Assembly: GCA_044229845.1 (NCBI GenBank)
Contig: JBGASG010000001.1
Coordinates: 736,001 to 800,000 of the forward strand
DNA: 64,000 bases
Source of the DNA: Candidatus Obscuribacteraceae bacterium
Lineage (GTDB): Bacteria > Cyanobacteriota > Vampirovibrionia > Obscuribacterales > Obscuribacteraceae
Direction: 5' to 3'
Shown here: in pieces, positions 36,333-46,318 of the stretch
How the letters are laid out: each line of letters begins with the position of its first letter
Numbering within the stretch: position 1 is the stretch's first letter
Notes under the pieces: model-generated
Seen by the model: only the letters and a program-made list of their open reading frames with translations
Told to the model about the DNA's origin: nothing
Database searches by the model: none
Made by a program: the position numbers and the translations under genes

Positions 36333-36962
36333 GTGCCCGAAAAAACGCGCGAGTTGCCGCTCTTTCCATTGCCGGAAGTCATTCTCTTTCCGGATGCGCC
36401 CCTGAGGCTGCATATCTTTGAGATGAAATACCGGCAAATGCTTTCCACCATACTGGAGGGCGACCATTGCTTTGGGGTCCTCCTCTGGAATCCCGTTTTG
36501 CGCCGCCCCGCCAGTGTTGGCTGCCGGGCGGAAGTGGTCCAGGTGGAGAAACTGCCGGACGGACGCTCCAACATACTTACTATAGGTCGCCGTCGCTTCC
36601 GCGTGCTGGAAACCTCCCATGACCGCCCTTATCTGGTAGGGCGCGTCGAAGAATTCGAGGACAAAAAGGCGAAGCATTCTTTGACCGGGCTATCGGCGGA
36701 AGTGGACAACATGTTGAGAGACGTTGTTCGCCTGTCTGCAAAGTTGCGCGACAAGTGCATGGACTACCCTGATGATGTTCCTACCGACCCGCTGGAGCTT
36801 TCGTTCTGGGTAGCAGGCAGCTTGCTCGGCTTGCCCGTAGAGCAGCAAGCACTGCTGGAGATGGACGAAACTGCCGCTCGCCTGCGCCGCGAGGCGGAAC
36901 TGCTGGACAATATACGCAAAGAACTGGCTGCGCGCACCGTCCTTAAGGATGCTCTGCGCTGA
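36333..36962 (+). CDS. LON peptidase substrate-binding domain protein
   Basis: RELPLFPLPEVILFP...LHIFE..YR and ELSFWVA motifs. Confidence 0.9.
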   Translation: MPEKTRELPLFPLPEVILFPDAPLRLHIFEMKYRQMLSTILEGDHCFGVLLWNPVLRRPASVGCRAEVVQVEKLPDGRSNILTIGRRRFRVLETSHDRPYLVGRVEEFEDKKAKHSLTGLSAEVDNMLRDVVRLSAKLRDKCMDYPDDVPTDPLELSFWVAGSLLGLPVEQQALLEMDETAARLRREAELLDNIRKELAARTVLKDALR

Positions 36963-37082
36963 ACTCTGAGTATGGTAATCTGCCCACGGCAATCACCGTA
37001 TGATTCCCTCAATCTGGTGATCCTACGCATTCCCTAAGTTCGAACCCCTGGGATACCATCAACCCGAGTTTTGGAGCTAGTA

Positions 37083-37304
37083 ATGTCGATAGTGAGGGCG
37101 GACATGTCGATAAACGAGTTGTTGAGAGTCGCCGCCGATCATCACCACAAACGCATCACATTGAGCGATGAGGAGAGATCGGAGGTAATTGCCGCGTTGA
37201 AAAGGCGCGGTCAAGACGAACTGGAATATGGAGAAGAAGTGACGGTCGATGCGGTGCGCCTGGTTAAGCGCGTCACCGGCGCTGTCGGCGTCTACTTCAG
37301 CTGA
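37083..37304 (+). CDS. Small hypothetical protein
   Basis: GGAG SD, protein-like composition, fills the intergenic gap. Confidence 0.55.
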   Translation: MSIVRADMSINELLRVAADHHHKRITLSDEERSEVIAALKRRGQDELEYGEEVTVDAVRLVKRVTGAVGVYFS

Positions 37305-37398
37305 CGCCCAGTTTTAATCTCCAGACTTAGCAAAGATATCCTCGCCCTTGTGGCGCACCGGTATATGATTCCTTGACCATTCGGCGAGGGAATCGGAT

Positions 37399-38295
37399 AT
37401 GGATAAACGCACACTTGGCAAGACGGGCATGCATGTGAGCCCACTTGGCTTTGGTGGTGCAGAAATTGGGTTTGAAGGCGCCGCGCAAGACATCGTCACC
37501 AAGTTGCTCAATACGGCGCTCGATGCTGGACTGAATATCATCGATACCGCCGAGTGCTACATCAACAGCGAAGAGATGATCGGTAATTCGATCGCCGGTC
37601 GGCGCACCGACTTCTATCTGTTTACCAAATGTGGACACCCGAACGGGTATGAAACGCCCGACTGGTCCAAGGAAGGCATCGCCAAACAAATCGATACCAG
37701 TCTCAAGCGATTGAAGACTGACTATCTGGACCTCGTCCAATTGCATAGTTGCGACGAGAGTGAATTGCGCAAAGGCGATGTCATCGAAGCTTTGCAGACG
37801 GCTCGGCAGGCTGGCAAAACACGTTTTATCGGGTATTCCGGCGACAGTCTGGCGGCCAAATATGCCATTGAATGTGGTGCGTTCGACACACTGCAAACTT
37901 CCGTCAGCATCGCCGATCAGGAAGCGCTCGACCTGACGATTCCGTTGGCCAAAAAGGCCGACATGGGAGTGATCGCCAAACGTCCGGTCGCCAATGCTGC
38001 CTGGCGTTACAAATCGAAGCCGGACAATGACTATCATTTGCCCTACTGGGAGCGCCTGAATGACTTGCAGTACGACTTCATCAACGGAGACGTAAGCGGA
38101 CCGATTGATATCGCACTGCGTTTCACTCTCATGATCCCGGGTGTTCACACTGCGATCGTTGGAACCACGAAACCTGAGCGCTGGAATGAAAACGCCAAAC
38201 TTGTCGAGCGCGGGCCGCTGTCCTCTGAGGAGTTTGACCGCATCCGTGCCCGGTGGAAGAATGTCGCCAAGCCGAATTGGGTCGGACAGACCTAA
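37399..38295 (+). CDS. Aldo/keto reductase
   Basis: IDTAECY, TKCG and SLKRLKTDYLDLVQLH motifs. Confidence 0.93.
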   Translation: MDKRTLGKTGMHVSPLGFGGAEIGFEGAAQDIVTKLLNTALDAGLNIIDTAECYINSEEMIGNSIAGRRTDFYLFTKCGHPNGYETPDWSKEGIAKQIDTSLKRLKTDYLDLVQLHSCDESELRKGDVIEALQTARQAGKTRFIGYSGDSLAAKYAIECGAFDTLQTSVSIADQEALDLTIPLAKKADMGVIAKRPVANAAWRYKSKPDNDYHLPYWERLNDLQYDFINGDVSGPIDIALRFTLMIPGVHTAIVGTTKPERWNENAKLVERGPLSSEEFDRIRARWKNVAKPNWVGQT

Positions 38296-38418
38296 TAAGT
38301 CGACCGGCAGTACACCCATCCGATGTTCATTCGATATAAAGCAGCACCGCGGGCGATGTCGAATCGCTTCGTTGCCCTGCTTGACGTGTGAGCTACAATA
38401 GCCAGCGGGAGGGCTGGC

Positions 38419-39015
38419 ATGGAAAAGGCAATCGCGGAAGACCTCATTCGCCGGCTGATGGCACAGCACGGCGTAGCCGATTGGTTTTTCAAATGGAATC
38501 GGAACAAGCACTTCCTTGGATTGTGCAAGTACGATTCGCGACGCATCGAACTCTCGGAAGTCTATGTCGCCAACAATCCAATGGAGCACGTGCGCGACAC
38601 TGTTCTCCATGAGATCGCGCACGCTCTAGCCGGACCGGATGCGAAGCATGGACCTCTGTGGAAAGCCACTGCCATTCGTCTTGGTGCCAATCCAAAATCC
38701 TGCGCGGCCGATGCCATCATGCCGAAGGGGCGCTGGCAAGCTCAATGCAAACATTGCGGCCGCGAGTTCAGCAAATATCGCAAGCCTAAAAGAGTGCGCA
38801 GCCACTACTGTCGTCGTTGCGGACCCGATCATGGACGGCTCTGGTTTCGCGACAGCCTGCTAATTGATGTGACGCCACCGGCTGCGGTGCCTGGGCGCTC
38901 CAAGTCGGCGCAATCCGCGCCCAGCCAGCACCCCCCGATTGTTCAACCGGCTCCGACACCACAAAAGTCCGTCACCATCACAGTCGCGCAATTGCTCATT
39001 GAATTTCCAGCCTGA
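38419..39015 (+). CDS. SprT-like zinc metalloprotease
   Basis: HEIAH...HG..WK plus two CxxC motifs. Confidence 0.88.
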   Translation: MEKAIAEDLIRRLMAQHGVADWFFKWNRNKHFLGLCKYDSRRIELSEVYVANNPMEHVRDTVLHEIAHALAGPDAKHGPLWKATAIRLGANPKSCAADAIMPKGRWQAQCKHCGREFSKYRKPKRVRSHYCRRCGPDHGRLWFRDSLLIDVTPPAAVPGRSKSAQSAPSQHPPIVQPAPTPQKSVTITVAQLLIEFPA

Positions 39016-39021
39016 ATCTGT

Positions 39022-39055
39022 CTGTCACAAAACTGTCACGCGTCTCGGTTACATT
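39022..39055 (+). promoter_or_regulatory. PhoB/OmpR-type direct-repeat box with a -10 element
   Basis: CTGTCAC-AAAA-CTGTCAC (11-bp period), then TACATT 10 bp downstream. Confidence 0.5.
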
Positions 39056-39114
39056 TCTCTTCCACCTTGCTCCAAGATGCGGTTAACCTCTTTCCCCAGG
39101 AGGGCGTTCTTACT

Positions 39115-39927
39115 ATGGCTGAAGTGCTCACAGATGAACCTGTAGCGGCAAAGGGCGGTAATCATGCATCCGCAACCGCTGGTGCCGAGGTTGATGAAGC
39201 CGGCACTGAGACCATCGAAGACAACGAGCCGGATTGGTCTTCATCAGTGCCATTCGGGGTTCTGTCCGACAAGACCGGACACATGCCGAATAACTCTACG
39301 ACCAACGCGATTGAGGCAATGGTCAATGGGCAAATCGCCGCGGGCGAAGTTGGCGATCAATACGATCAGTACAAGCCTGCTTTTGAAAAGAAAGCCGATG
39401 CGAGTCTGCACAAGCAAATGGATGCTGCCGGTTTTTCGGCGGAAGACAAACAGAAAGCTGAAGCGCTGCAAGACGCGGTCATCAAAGGCGACAAGAAGGC
39501 TCTGGAACAGGCGGTCGCCAGCATGTCTCCTGAGCAACTGAAATCGTTAGCCGGCGAGGTCCAGAAAAACCTCAACGCGCTGCATGCAGACGTGACGCTC
39601 AAAACCATCGGCGACGGCAGCAGTCTGTTTCTTCAGAAGAATGGAGCAGCCAATGGACTGGTGGTCGGTAAGGACGGTGCCAAGCCGGTCGCCGTCAAAT
39701 ACGTGGACGGACAGCCTTACATCGACAATTCGCTGACACCAATCAAAGATGCGCAGGATGTAGCGAAATCTATCTCCAACTCGGCTACGTTCAACGCGGA
39801 AGTGTTGGCCAAATTCAAATATCCGGTAGAGGCACCGCTGGCTCCAGAGCCCGCTCCCAACATTGCTCCCGTCGAATCAAACGAAGGACTCAAGGATAAG
39901 GACCCAGCACCAATCAGGTGGCGATAG
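39115..39927 (+). CDS. Hypothetical protein with acidic disordered N-terminus
   Basis: AGGAGG SD before ATG 39115; long ORF; no recognised motif. Confidence 0.75.
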   Translation: MAEVLTDEPVAAKGGNHASATAGAEVDEAGTETIEDNEPDWSSSVPFGVLSDKTGHMPNNSTTNAIEAMVNGQIAAGEVGDQYDQYKPAFEKKADASLHKQMDAAGFSAEDKQKAEALQDAVIKGDKKALEQAVASMSPEQLKSLAGEVQKNLNALHADVTLKTIGDGSSLFLQKNGAANGLVVGKDGAKPVAVKYVDGQPYIDNSLTPIKDAQDVAKSISNSATFNAEVLAKFKYPVEAPLAPEPAPNIAPVESNEGLKDKDPAPIRWR

Positions 39928-40221
39928 CGACGGACTGCTTCAGGCACCGAATGTGGTGCTGCCCAAGCACTACGCGGCTCCCCGGGAGCGTCCCCCCGGA
40001 AAGCCGGCGTATGTGATTGGTTCGAGGTAGCGGTGTTGTTTTGCAGGTTTGACCTCTTGCGAGGTCAGCCTTGCGGGTTGCTAGGGTATTTCTACTCTAG
40101 AAGACACATGTGACCAAAGTGGGGACGAAGTGTGGAAGAAGTGTGGAGCCCCAAATGATTTTGATTTGTCGCCGACAGGGTATATCCCAGTTGATGCCAT
40201 TTGAAATCAGGTTCCCGCTTA

Positions 40222-40947
40222 ATGTCAGTCGAATTCCTACAGGCAATAGGAAAGGTCGTCAACGCCAGGCGCCAGAGCCGACGCATGTCTCTGGAAGAAC
40301 TGGGCACCCGGGCGGGACTGCATCGCGCCTACATCAGTGAAATCGAGCGTGGTGCGCGCAATCCATCTTTGACCGTCCTGAAAAAGCTGGCGGATGCCCT
40401 TGAAACAACCGTCACCGCCATCACTGCCAACGCCGAGAACCTGACCGTGGCGACTGTGATTGAGTCGACCGTCGGCACCGATTTTTCGCCGACAGAAGAT
40501 CAGCAGCAGACCCTGGAGCGCATGGTTGTTCAGCTGCGGGAGCGGGTGCAGGAACAGGACAAGATTATCGACTCCGTGCCGGCGATGATCTGGCTCAAAG
40601 ACGCCAATAACGTCATTCTTCGGGCCAATCAACCAGCGGCGAACAATCTCGGGTTAAAGAAAACCGAGATCGAGGGGCGCTCAACCTATGAGCTGTATCC
40701 AGCCCTGGCAGACAAGTATCACAAAGATGACCTGGAAGTGGTGCATACGAAAAGACCAAAGCTGGGAATTGTTGAACTGTTCACCCCTGGAACCAATGAG
40801 AAACGCTGGGTGCGCACGGACAAATATCCAATCTTCAGCGATAAAGGCGAGGTCCAGGTGTTGGTCGTCACCCTGGATATTACCGATTTGCTGCTTACGC
40901 ATGAGGCGCTGAAGGAGACTCTCAGCCAGACGCCTCGCACGTTTTAG
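40222..40947 (+). CDS. XRE-family HTH regulator with coiled coil and PAS domain
   Basis: GLHRAYISEIERGARNPSL; IWLKD.....RAN...W.RTDKYP...DIT. Confidence 0.88.
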   Translation: MSVEFLQAIGKVVNARRQSRRMSLEELGTRAGLHRAYISEIERGARNPSLTVLKKLADALETTVTAITANAENLTVATVIESTVGTDFSPTEDQQQTLERMVVQLRERVQEQDKIIDSVPAMIWLKDANNVILRANQPAANNLGLKKTEIEGRSTYELYPALADKYHKDDLEVVHTKRPKLGIVELFTPGTNEKRWVRTDKYPIFSDKGEVQVLVVTLDITDLLLTHEALKETLSQTPRTF

Positions 40948-40977
40948 TTTCTTCGCAAATTCGTCGTCTTTGCGGGA

Positions 40978-42054
40978 CTATGCCCAGCGCAGCAGAGTGG
41001 CTCCGGCAGAGAATCCTGCGCCCATCGATGCCATCAAGACCAGATCGCCTTTTCTGAGCATCTTGCGATCGAGAGCCGACTGCAATGCCAGCGGTATCGT
41101 GCCGGCTGTGGTGTTGCCGTACTCGTCGATATTGATCACGACTCGCTCTTCGGGAATCTGAATGCGATCCACCGCTGCTTGAATGATGCGCTTATTGGCT
41201 TGGTGCGGCACGAAGAGGTCAATGTCGTCGCCGGTCAGATTGTTTTTCTCGAGCAGGCGAGAGCACAACTCGGACATTTTGAGGGTGGCAAACTTGAACA
41301 CTGCTTTGCCTTCTTGATGCACATAGTGCATGCGCTTCTCCAGAGTTTCAGGAGATGCCGGATGACGGCTGCCGCCTGCGGGAATACAGAGGGCATCGCT
41401 GCCGTTGCCGTCGGTTTCGTGCAGAAAGTCGATAAAGCAACCTTCGTCGATACCCTGCGATGGCTGCAAAAGCGCCGCTCCACCCCCATCACCGAAGATG
41501 ATGCAGGTCTGGCGATCGGTGTAATCCACGATGGTGGACATGATGTCGACGCCAACGACCAGTACGTTTTTATGGGTACCATTGGCGACAAACTGGACAG
41601 CCACCTGCAAGGCGTACAGGAAGCCGGAGCAGGCAATCGACAGGTCAAAGCCCCAGGCGCCCGTAGCCCCGATCTTGGACTGAATCAGGCAGGCTGTTGC
41701 CGGCAAAATCATATCCGGCGTGATCGTGGCGCAAATGATCAGTTCGACGTCGGCAGGCTTGATGCCTGCTTTTTCACAAGCTTTGCGGGCCGCTTCCGCG
41801 CCCAGGTCGGAGGTGGTGACGCCCTTGTCCACGACGTGACGCGTCTTGATGCCGGTGCGCTCGGTGATCCACTCGTCGGTGGTCTCCACCATTTTTTCGA
41901 GGTCGGCGTTGGTCAGAAGCCGCGGCGGAACAGCGGTTCCCACCGTGGTGATTTTGACAGGCGATACTTTTCTTGTCCCCTGACGCGCTTCTTCGAACAG
42001 CGTTTGTTTGTTGACCGAGTTGATCGTTTCTGCTGGTTTCACTATGGTATTCAT
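40978..42054 (-). CDS. fabH: 3-oxoacyl-ACP synthase III
   Basis: WITERTGI, ACSGF, FGDG, PHQANKRI and YGNT motifs. Confidence 0.95.
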   Translation of the reverse strand: MNTIVKPAETINSVNKQTLFEEARQGTRKVSPVKITTVGTAVPPRLLTNADLEKMVETTDEWITERTGIKTRHVVDKGVTTSDLGAEAARKACEKAGIKPADVELIICATITPDMILPATACLIQSKIGATGAWGFDLSIACSGFLYALQVAVQFVANGTHKNVLVVGVDIMSTIVDYTDRQTCIIFGDGGGAALLQPSQGIDEGCFIDFLHETDGNGSDALCIPAGGSRHPASPETLEKRMHYVHQEGKAVFKFATLKMSELCSRLLEKNNLTGDDIDLFVPHQANKRIIQAAVDRIQIPEERVVINIDEYGNTTAGTIPLALQSALDRKMLRKGDLVLMASMGAGFSAGATLLRWA

Positions 42055-42773
42055 CGACAGGATGCGCGCTCTCAAGCTGGTTGACGGCGCTTTCAATTAT
42101 CCAGCAACAGCCGATTCCGCACTACTGCGTCATTTTCACAGTTCACAGTATGGCGATTATATTAGGCTAATGTTGGCTTCTGTCCGCCCTGTGGGCGTTT
42201 CCTCGACAGTTGAGATTTTTCGTTTCTGCTTTACGCGGCGAAATCGACGTCAGGCCTTTGTTTTCAGGATGGATGCGTAGGTCATCCAGCAACGCTTGAG
42301 CCAGGAGAGCGCTTTTGAGTGGATATCCGAGAGCAATGCGCGATGCACCGGCGTCGCACCTCCCCCTTGCCGCTCCAGAACGCCGATGCGATAGAAAATT
42401 CCGTTGGTCTGCTTGAGTGCCGCGCTGGCCCACAGACCTGCCTCTCGCGGCAGGTATCTGCGTTGGCACAATTTGAGAATTAACCTCAGCGCTCGTCTCG
42501 GGTCTTCCAATCGCTCTGCTTGCTGCACTGCGTCACTCTTTACGTCAGAAACACAGCCAGAGCTTAGGCATTACCTGTGGAGTTGTTGTGCACTGAGCGT
42601 GGACAAAGTGTGGAGCATTCACTGTGGATAGCGCTGCCACTGTGCAATTGCGCAGTGCACTTCCAGACATTCGCACATTATCTGAAGCGCCCGCAGTGCC
42701 TATTATCAAGCCATTACCACCGTATCGTTCCCCCCACGAAAAATGCGCAGCTAGCTGCCCAGGTTGGAGTTTT

Positions 42774-45700
42774 ATGTCAGACCAGACTGTTGAAGACAAG
42801 GTCAAGAAAACGGACGATCAAATACCCCCGTCCGGCGATGACCAGGCCAACGCACCCGGCGATGTTCCTCCCGCTCCCAAGCAGGAAGATGCAGCCACTG
42901 CGTTGAAGGCTATGTTCGGACTCGCTTCTGAGTACTTCGCCTCCATCGACAATCCATTCAAAGGCAGCAGCAAATCGGCAGACTCCCCGAAAGAGTTCAA
43001 GCATCCCGGTCAGAATGCCGGCACCTGGACGAAAGGCGAAGACGGCAACTGGCAGTATAAAGACGCCACTGGCAAAGTCCAGGATAAGTTCGGCGGACAG
43101 GTGAAGGACCTGACCATGAAGGATGGCGTGCTGACGGTCACCATGGCTGACGGACGCGTGGTGAAAGCACACAAGGACGGATCTTCGCTCGAATACACCA
43201 ACGATAAGCTGACCAAGATCAATTATGCCGACGGCCGCGAGCGCCGGCTCGAGTGGGACGGAGACAGCCTCAGACGCGTCACCAGCACCAAGGGTGAGTG
43301 GTTCGAGCGCCAGAAGAACAGCCAGGGTGAATATGTCGACCGCTGGAAAGCCGAGAAGAGTGGTCAGACCTGGAACGGCAAGATTTCAACCGACAAAGAA
43401 ACCGGCGACTACAGCCTCGAATCTACAGACGACAAAACAAAAGGACCAGTCACGTATATGCGTGACGGCGCCGAGAAGACCGAAGCGCGCGACGGTTCGT
43501 ACACGATTAAGTATCCGTCGGGAGCCAGCGAGTCCTTTAATAAGAACGGCACCATGACCGGCATGACAGGCGCCGATAAAGTGCGCCGCGAATTCGGCTA
43601 CGAAACAGTCGACGGCAAAGAAACTCTCACATCCGTCAAACTGACCGACGAAACCGGCAAGACCAACGTCTGGAAAAATGAAAAAGGCACCTGGACGTAC
43701 AACGGTGAGCCGACTAAATTCACCTTCAACGTCGACAGCAAAAACAAGACCTATAGCTTCACCGATGCCGAAAACGACAAGACGACCACCGTCACCGCCA
43801 CCGGCAAAGAATCGAAATTCGGTGACGGCACCCAAGTGGTAATCGGCAGCAACGGCGAAGTGAAGAGCGCCACTAGAGGCGATGTCACTTTCGAATACGT
43901 TCGCGATAAAAACGGCGTCACCGAAGTCCGCGAAACCAAGAGTGGCGAACCGGGGCGCACCTGGAGGAAGAACAGCGAAGGCAAATGGACCGATGGTTCC
44001 AAAGTCATCGAAGGCGGCTTGACGGTTACCGATCGCGGTGAACCTTCGTTCGGCGACAAGTCTAGACAGCAAGTCTTCAAACTGGATGGTCGCTCGGTAG
44101 AGTCAGTCAAAAACGCTGATGGTTCCACAGTCGAGTCCAGCGACGGCCGCACCAAGATCACCGCCGCCGACGGCTCGACCCGTGAAGTCTACTCGAAGAA
44201 AGACGAGACTGGCCGCGACGTAATCTACAAGGAAGAAACGGTTCGCGACGGCAAGCGCCAGACCTGGGAACGCCAAGCGCGCCCCACCGCCGATGGTGGC
44301 GTAGAGTACACCAACGAGTGGAAGAACACCGCTACCGGAGAAGTGGAAAATCGCAAGTCGGTGGTGGTCAGCGACAAAGGCGAATTCTCCGTTGAATACG
44401 AAGACGGCACTAAGTACACAGGCCGCACCAACGGCACCGAACGGCGCGAGAACGCCGCTCAGAAGTGGAACATGGAGCTGGAGAACGGCAGACCTACCAC
44501 CATCAACTTCGGCGACGGCACCAGCCGCACCTATAAATGGAAAGGTGACACGGTCGAGCAGATGGTCGTAACGCCGCCCGGCGAAAAGCCGATCACCTGG
44601 AACCGTGTCGGCGACAAGAAATACAAGACCAGCAGCGGCTCGACCACCAACGGGACCATCGAAGTCGACAGCAAAGGCAAATACGTATTCAACGACTTTG
44701 ACGACAAAACCATCACCACCAGAATGCCGGACGGCAAACTGTTCAGCAAAGACACGACTTCCGGAGTCGAGAGCGAAAAGGTGGGCGGCAAGGTAGTCGC
44801 CATGCGCAAGGATGGCAGCGAGTTCAAGCTGACTCGTGACGAGAAAGGCACCGTCAACGAAATTCAAGACACCAAGAACAATACCACCTGGAAGAAACAA
44901 GCTGACGGCACCTGGCAAGCGGCCGCTCTCGATGACAAAAAGCCCTGGCAAAAACCGGACGACATTCAGCGCAAAGGCGATGTGGTCGTCGACGAAAAGA
45001 AAGGCACTGTTTCCTTCCTGGGCGCTGACGGTTCGCTTCTGCGTCATTCGATGACCGGCATAGAGAAAGTCTCGCGCGGCACCGAACTGGAAAAGAAAGT
45101 TGTCGACGACAAACGTCTAACCGACCAGGAAAAAATTCGGTTCCTCGAAAACCTCGACCGTTTCTCGAAGCGCACCGATTTAGATGACAAACAAAAGGAA
45201 GAAACGCTCAAGAACATTGAACGTACACTCGATGCTGCAGACAACAAAGATGGTTACTTCGATGCGACAGAACGCGCCAAGTTGGCTGAGCAGATGGCCT
45301 GGCATGTCGCCAACCCGACCCTCGATGCTCAGGGACAGAGACCAAACTGCAACGTCACTGATATCCGGATTGCCATGCTGCACCAGAATCCCGCTGACTG
45401 GACGCGCATGACCGCCGACATGATCACCAAGGGCTATTTCAAGACTGCCGATGGCACGCAGATATTCCCCAAAGACAAACAAAGTTTCCGTCCCTCCGAT
45501 GCTGAAAAGACCTTTCCGCCGGCAGATGGCGATCGCTCCTGGCTTGGAAAAATCTCCGACGTCACCATGCTCGATATTCACTGGCAGCGCCGCACAACTG
45601 ACTCTTTCGGCAACAGCGTAGCAAAAAATTCCATGACCTACGAAGAGATCAAACCGACCGATGCTGATGACTCCGGTGGTCGTATCTTCCAGTACTACCA

Positions 45701-46310
45701 GTCAAATGGACAGTGGTATCGCAGCGAACAGAAGCGCGCTCCCAACGTCTACGGCAAAGACATCATGGATATCTACGGACAGATCACCGGCAAGGATGAA
45801 TCCAACCGCTACTTGATCAACAGCGATCAAAACCACAAAGGACCGGGCGTCACCTCCGTCGGCTCCGCTGCAGAGCTGGAAGCCGCTCTTTCGAAGGGAC
45901 CGTGGCCGAAAATCATCCAGGTGCAAAACGATGTGCTGTACAAACAGAAAAACGACGGCAAGGATCACTGCCACGTTGTTGTAGTCACAGGCGTCAAAGA
46001 CGGCAAAGCGTTGATCGACAACTCGCACGGTAGCAAATGGGATCGCCTCCAGGACGGCATTCCAATCGCGCACCTTTATGAAGCGACCAAGCGTCACGGC
46101 ACCGCTAAGTACGAAGCCATCGACGACAAAACCACCCAGGGCAGCACCACTGTCAACAACAACCAGATACGGTATCAGCAAACCGTTTCCAATAATCAAA
46201 ACGGATATTGGCAGAACGGCGTCTATTACACCTACGTCAACAATAACAACGGCAACTACAACTACAACACCAACAACAATTACAACAATGGCTGGGGACG
46301 CCGTCGTTAA
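42774..46310 (+). CDS. Large beta-repeat (YD/Rhs-like composition) protein with C-terminal papain-like Cys-His-Asn domain
   Basis: GGAG SD before ATG 42774; recurring DG-turn/Trp units; QGQRPNCNV, CHVVVV and DNSHG motifs; Asn/Tyr-rich tail. Confidence 0.8.
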   Translation: MSDQTVEDKVKKTDDQIPPSGDDQANAPGDVPPAPKQEDAATALKAMFGLASEYFASIDNPFKGSSKSADSPKEFKHPGQNAGTWTKGEDGNWQYKDATGKVQDKFGGQVKDLTMKDGVLTVTMADGRVVKAHKDGSSLEYTNDKLTKINYADGRERRLEWDGDSLRRVTSTKGEWFERQKNSQGEYVDRWKAEKSGQTWNGKISTDKETGDYSLESTDDKTKGPVTYMRDGAEKTEARDGSYTIKYPSGASESFNKNGTMTGMTGADKVRREFGYETVDGKETLTSVKLTDETGKTNVWKNEKGTWTYNGEPTKFTFNVDSKNKTYSFTDAENDKTTTVTATGKESKFGDGTQVVIGSNGEVKSATRGDVTFEYVRDKNGVTEVRETKSGEPGRTWRKNSEGKWTDGSKVIEGGLTVTDRGEPSFGDKSRQQVFKLDGRSVESVKNADGSTVESSDGRTKITAADGSTREVYSKKDETGRDVIYKEETVRDGKRQTWERQARPTADGGVEYTNEWKNTATGEVENRKSVVVSDKGEFSVEYEDGTKYTGRTNGTERRENAAQKWNMELENGRPTTINFGDGTSRTYKWKGDTVEQMVVTPPGEKPITWNRVGDKKYKTSSGSTTNGTIEVDSKGKYVFNDFDDKTITTRMPDGKLFSKDTTSGVESEKVGGKVVAMRKDGSEFKLTRDEKGTVNEIQDTKNNTTWKKQADGTWQAAALDDKKPWQKPDDIQRKGDVVVDEKKGTVSFLGADGSLLRHSMTGIEKVSRGTELEKKVVDDKRLTDQEKIRFLENLDRFSKRTDLDDKQKEETLKNIERTLDAADNKDGYFDATERAKLAEQMAWHVANPTLDAQGQRPNCNVTDIRIAMLHQNPADWTRMTADMITKGYFKTADGTQIFPKDKQSFRPSDAEKTFPPADGDRSWLGKISDVTMLDIHWQRRTTDSFGNSVAKNSMTYEEIKPTDADDSGGRIFQYYQSNGQWYRSEQKRAPNVYGKDIMDIYGQITGKDESNRYLINSDQNHKGPGVTSVGSAAELEAALSKGPWPKIIQVQNDVLYKQKNDGKDHCHVVVVTGVKDGKALIDNSHGSKWDRLQDGIPIAHLYEATKRHGTAKYEAIDDKTTQGSTTVNNNQIRYQQTVSNNQNGYWQNGVYYTYVNNNNGNYNYNTNNNYNNGWGRRR

Positions 46311-46318
46311 CAGAGGGT

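Noticed and set aside
42250..42528. 92-aa minus-strand ORF between fabH and the large effector-like gene
   Set aside because: It could be real, but it has no clear SD or motif, so support is insufficient.
42624..42773. Upstream start for the 1228-aa ORF
   Set aside because: The SD and the composition shift favour ATG 42774.
43000..45050. Canonical Rhs toxin call
   Set aside because: Regular YD repeats and the PxxxxDPxG core terminus are not evident; only compositional similarity is claimed.
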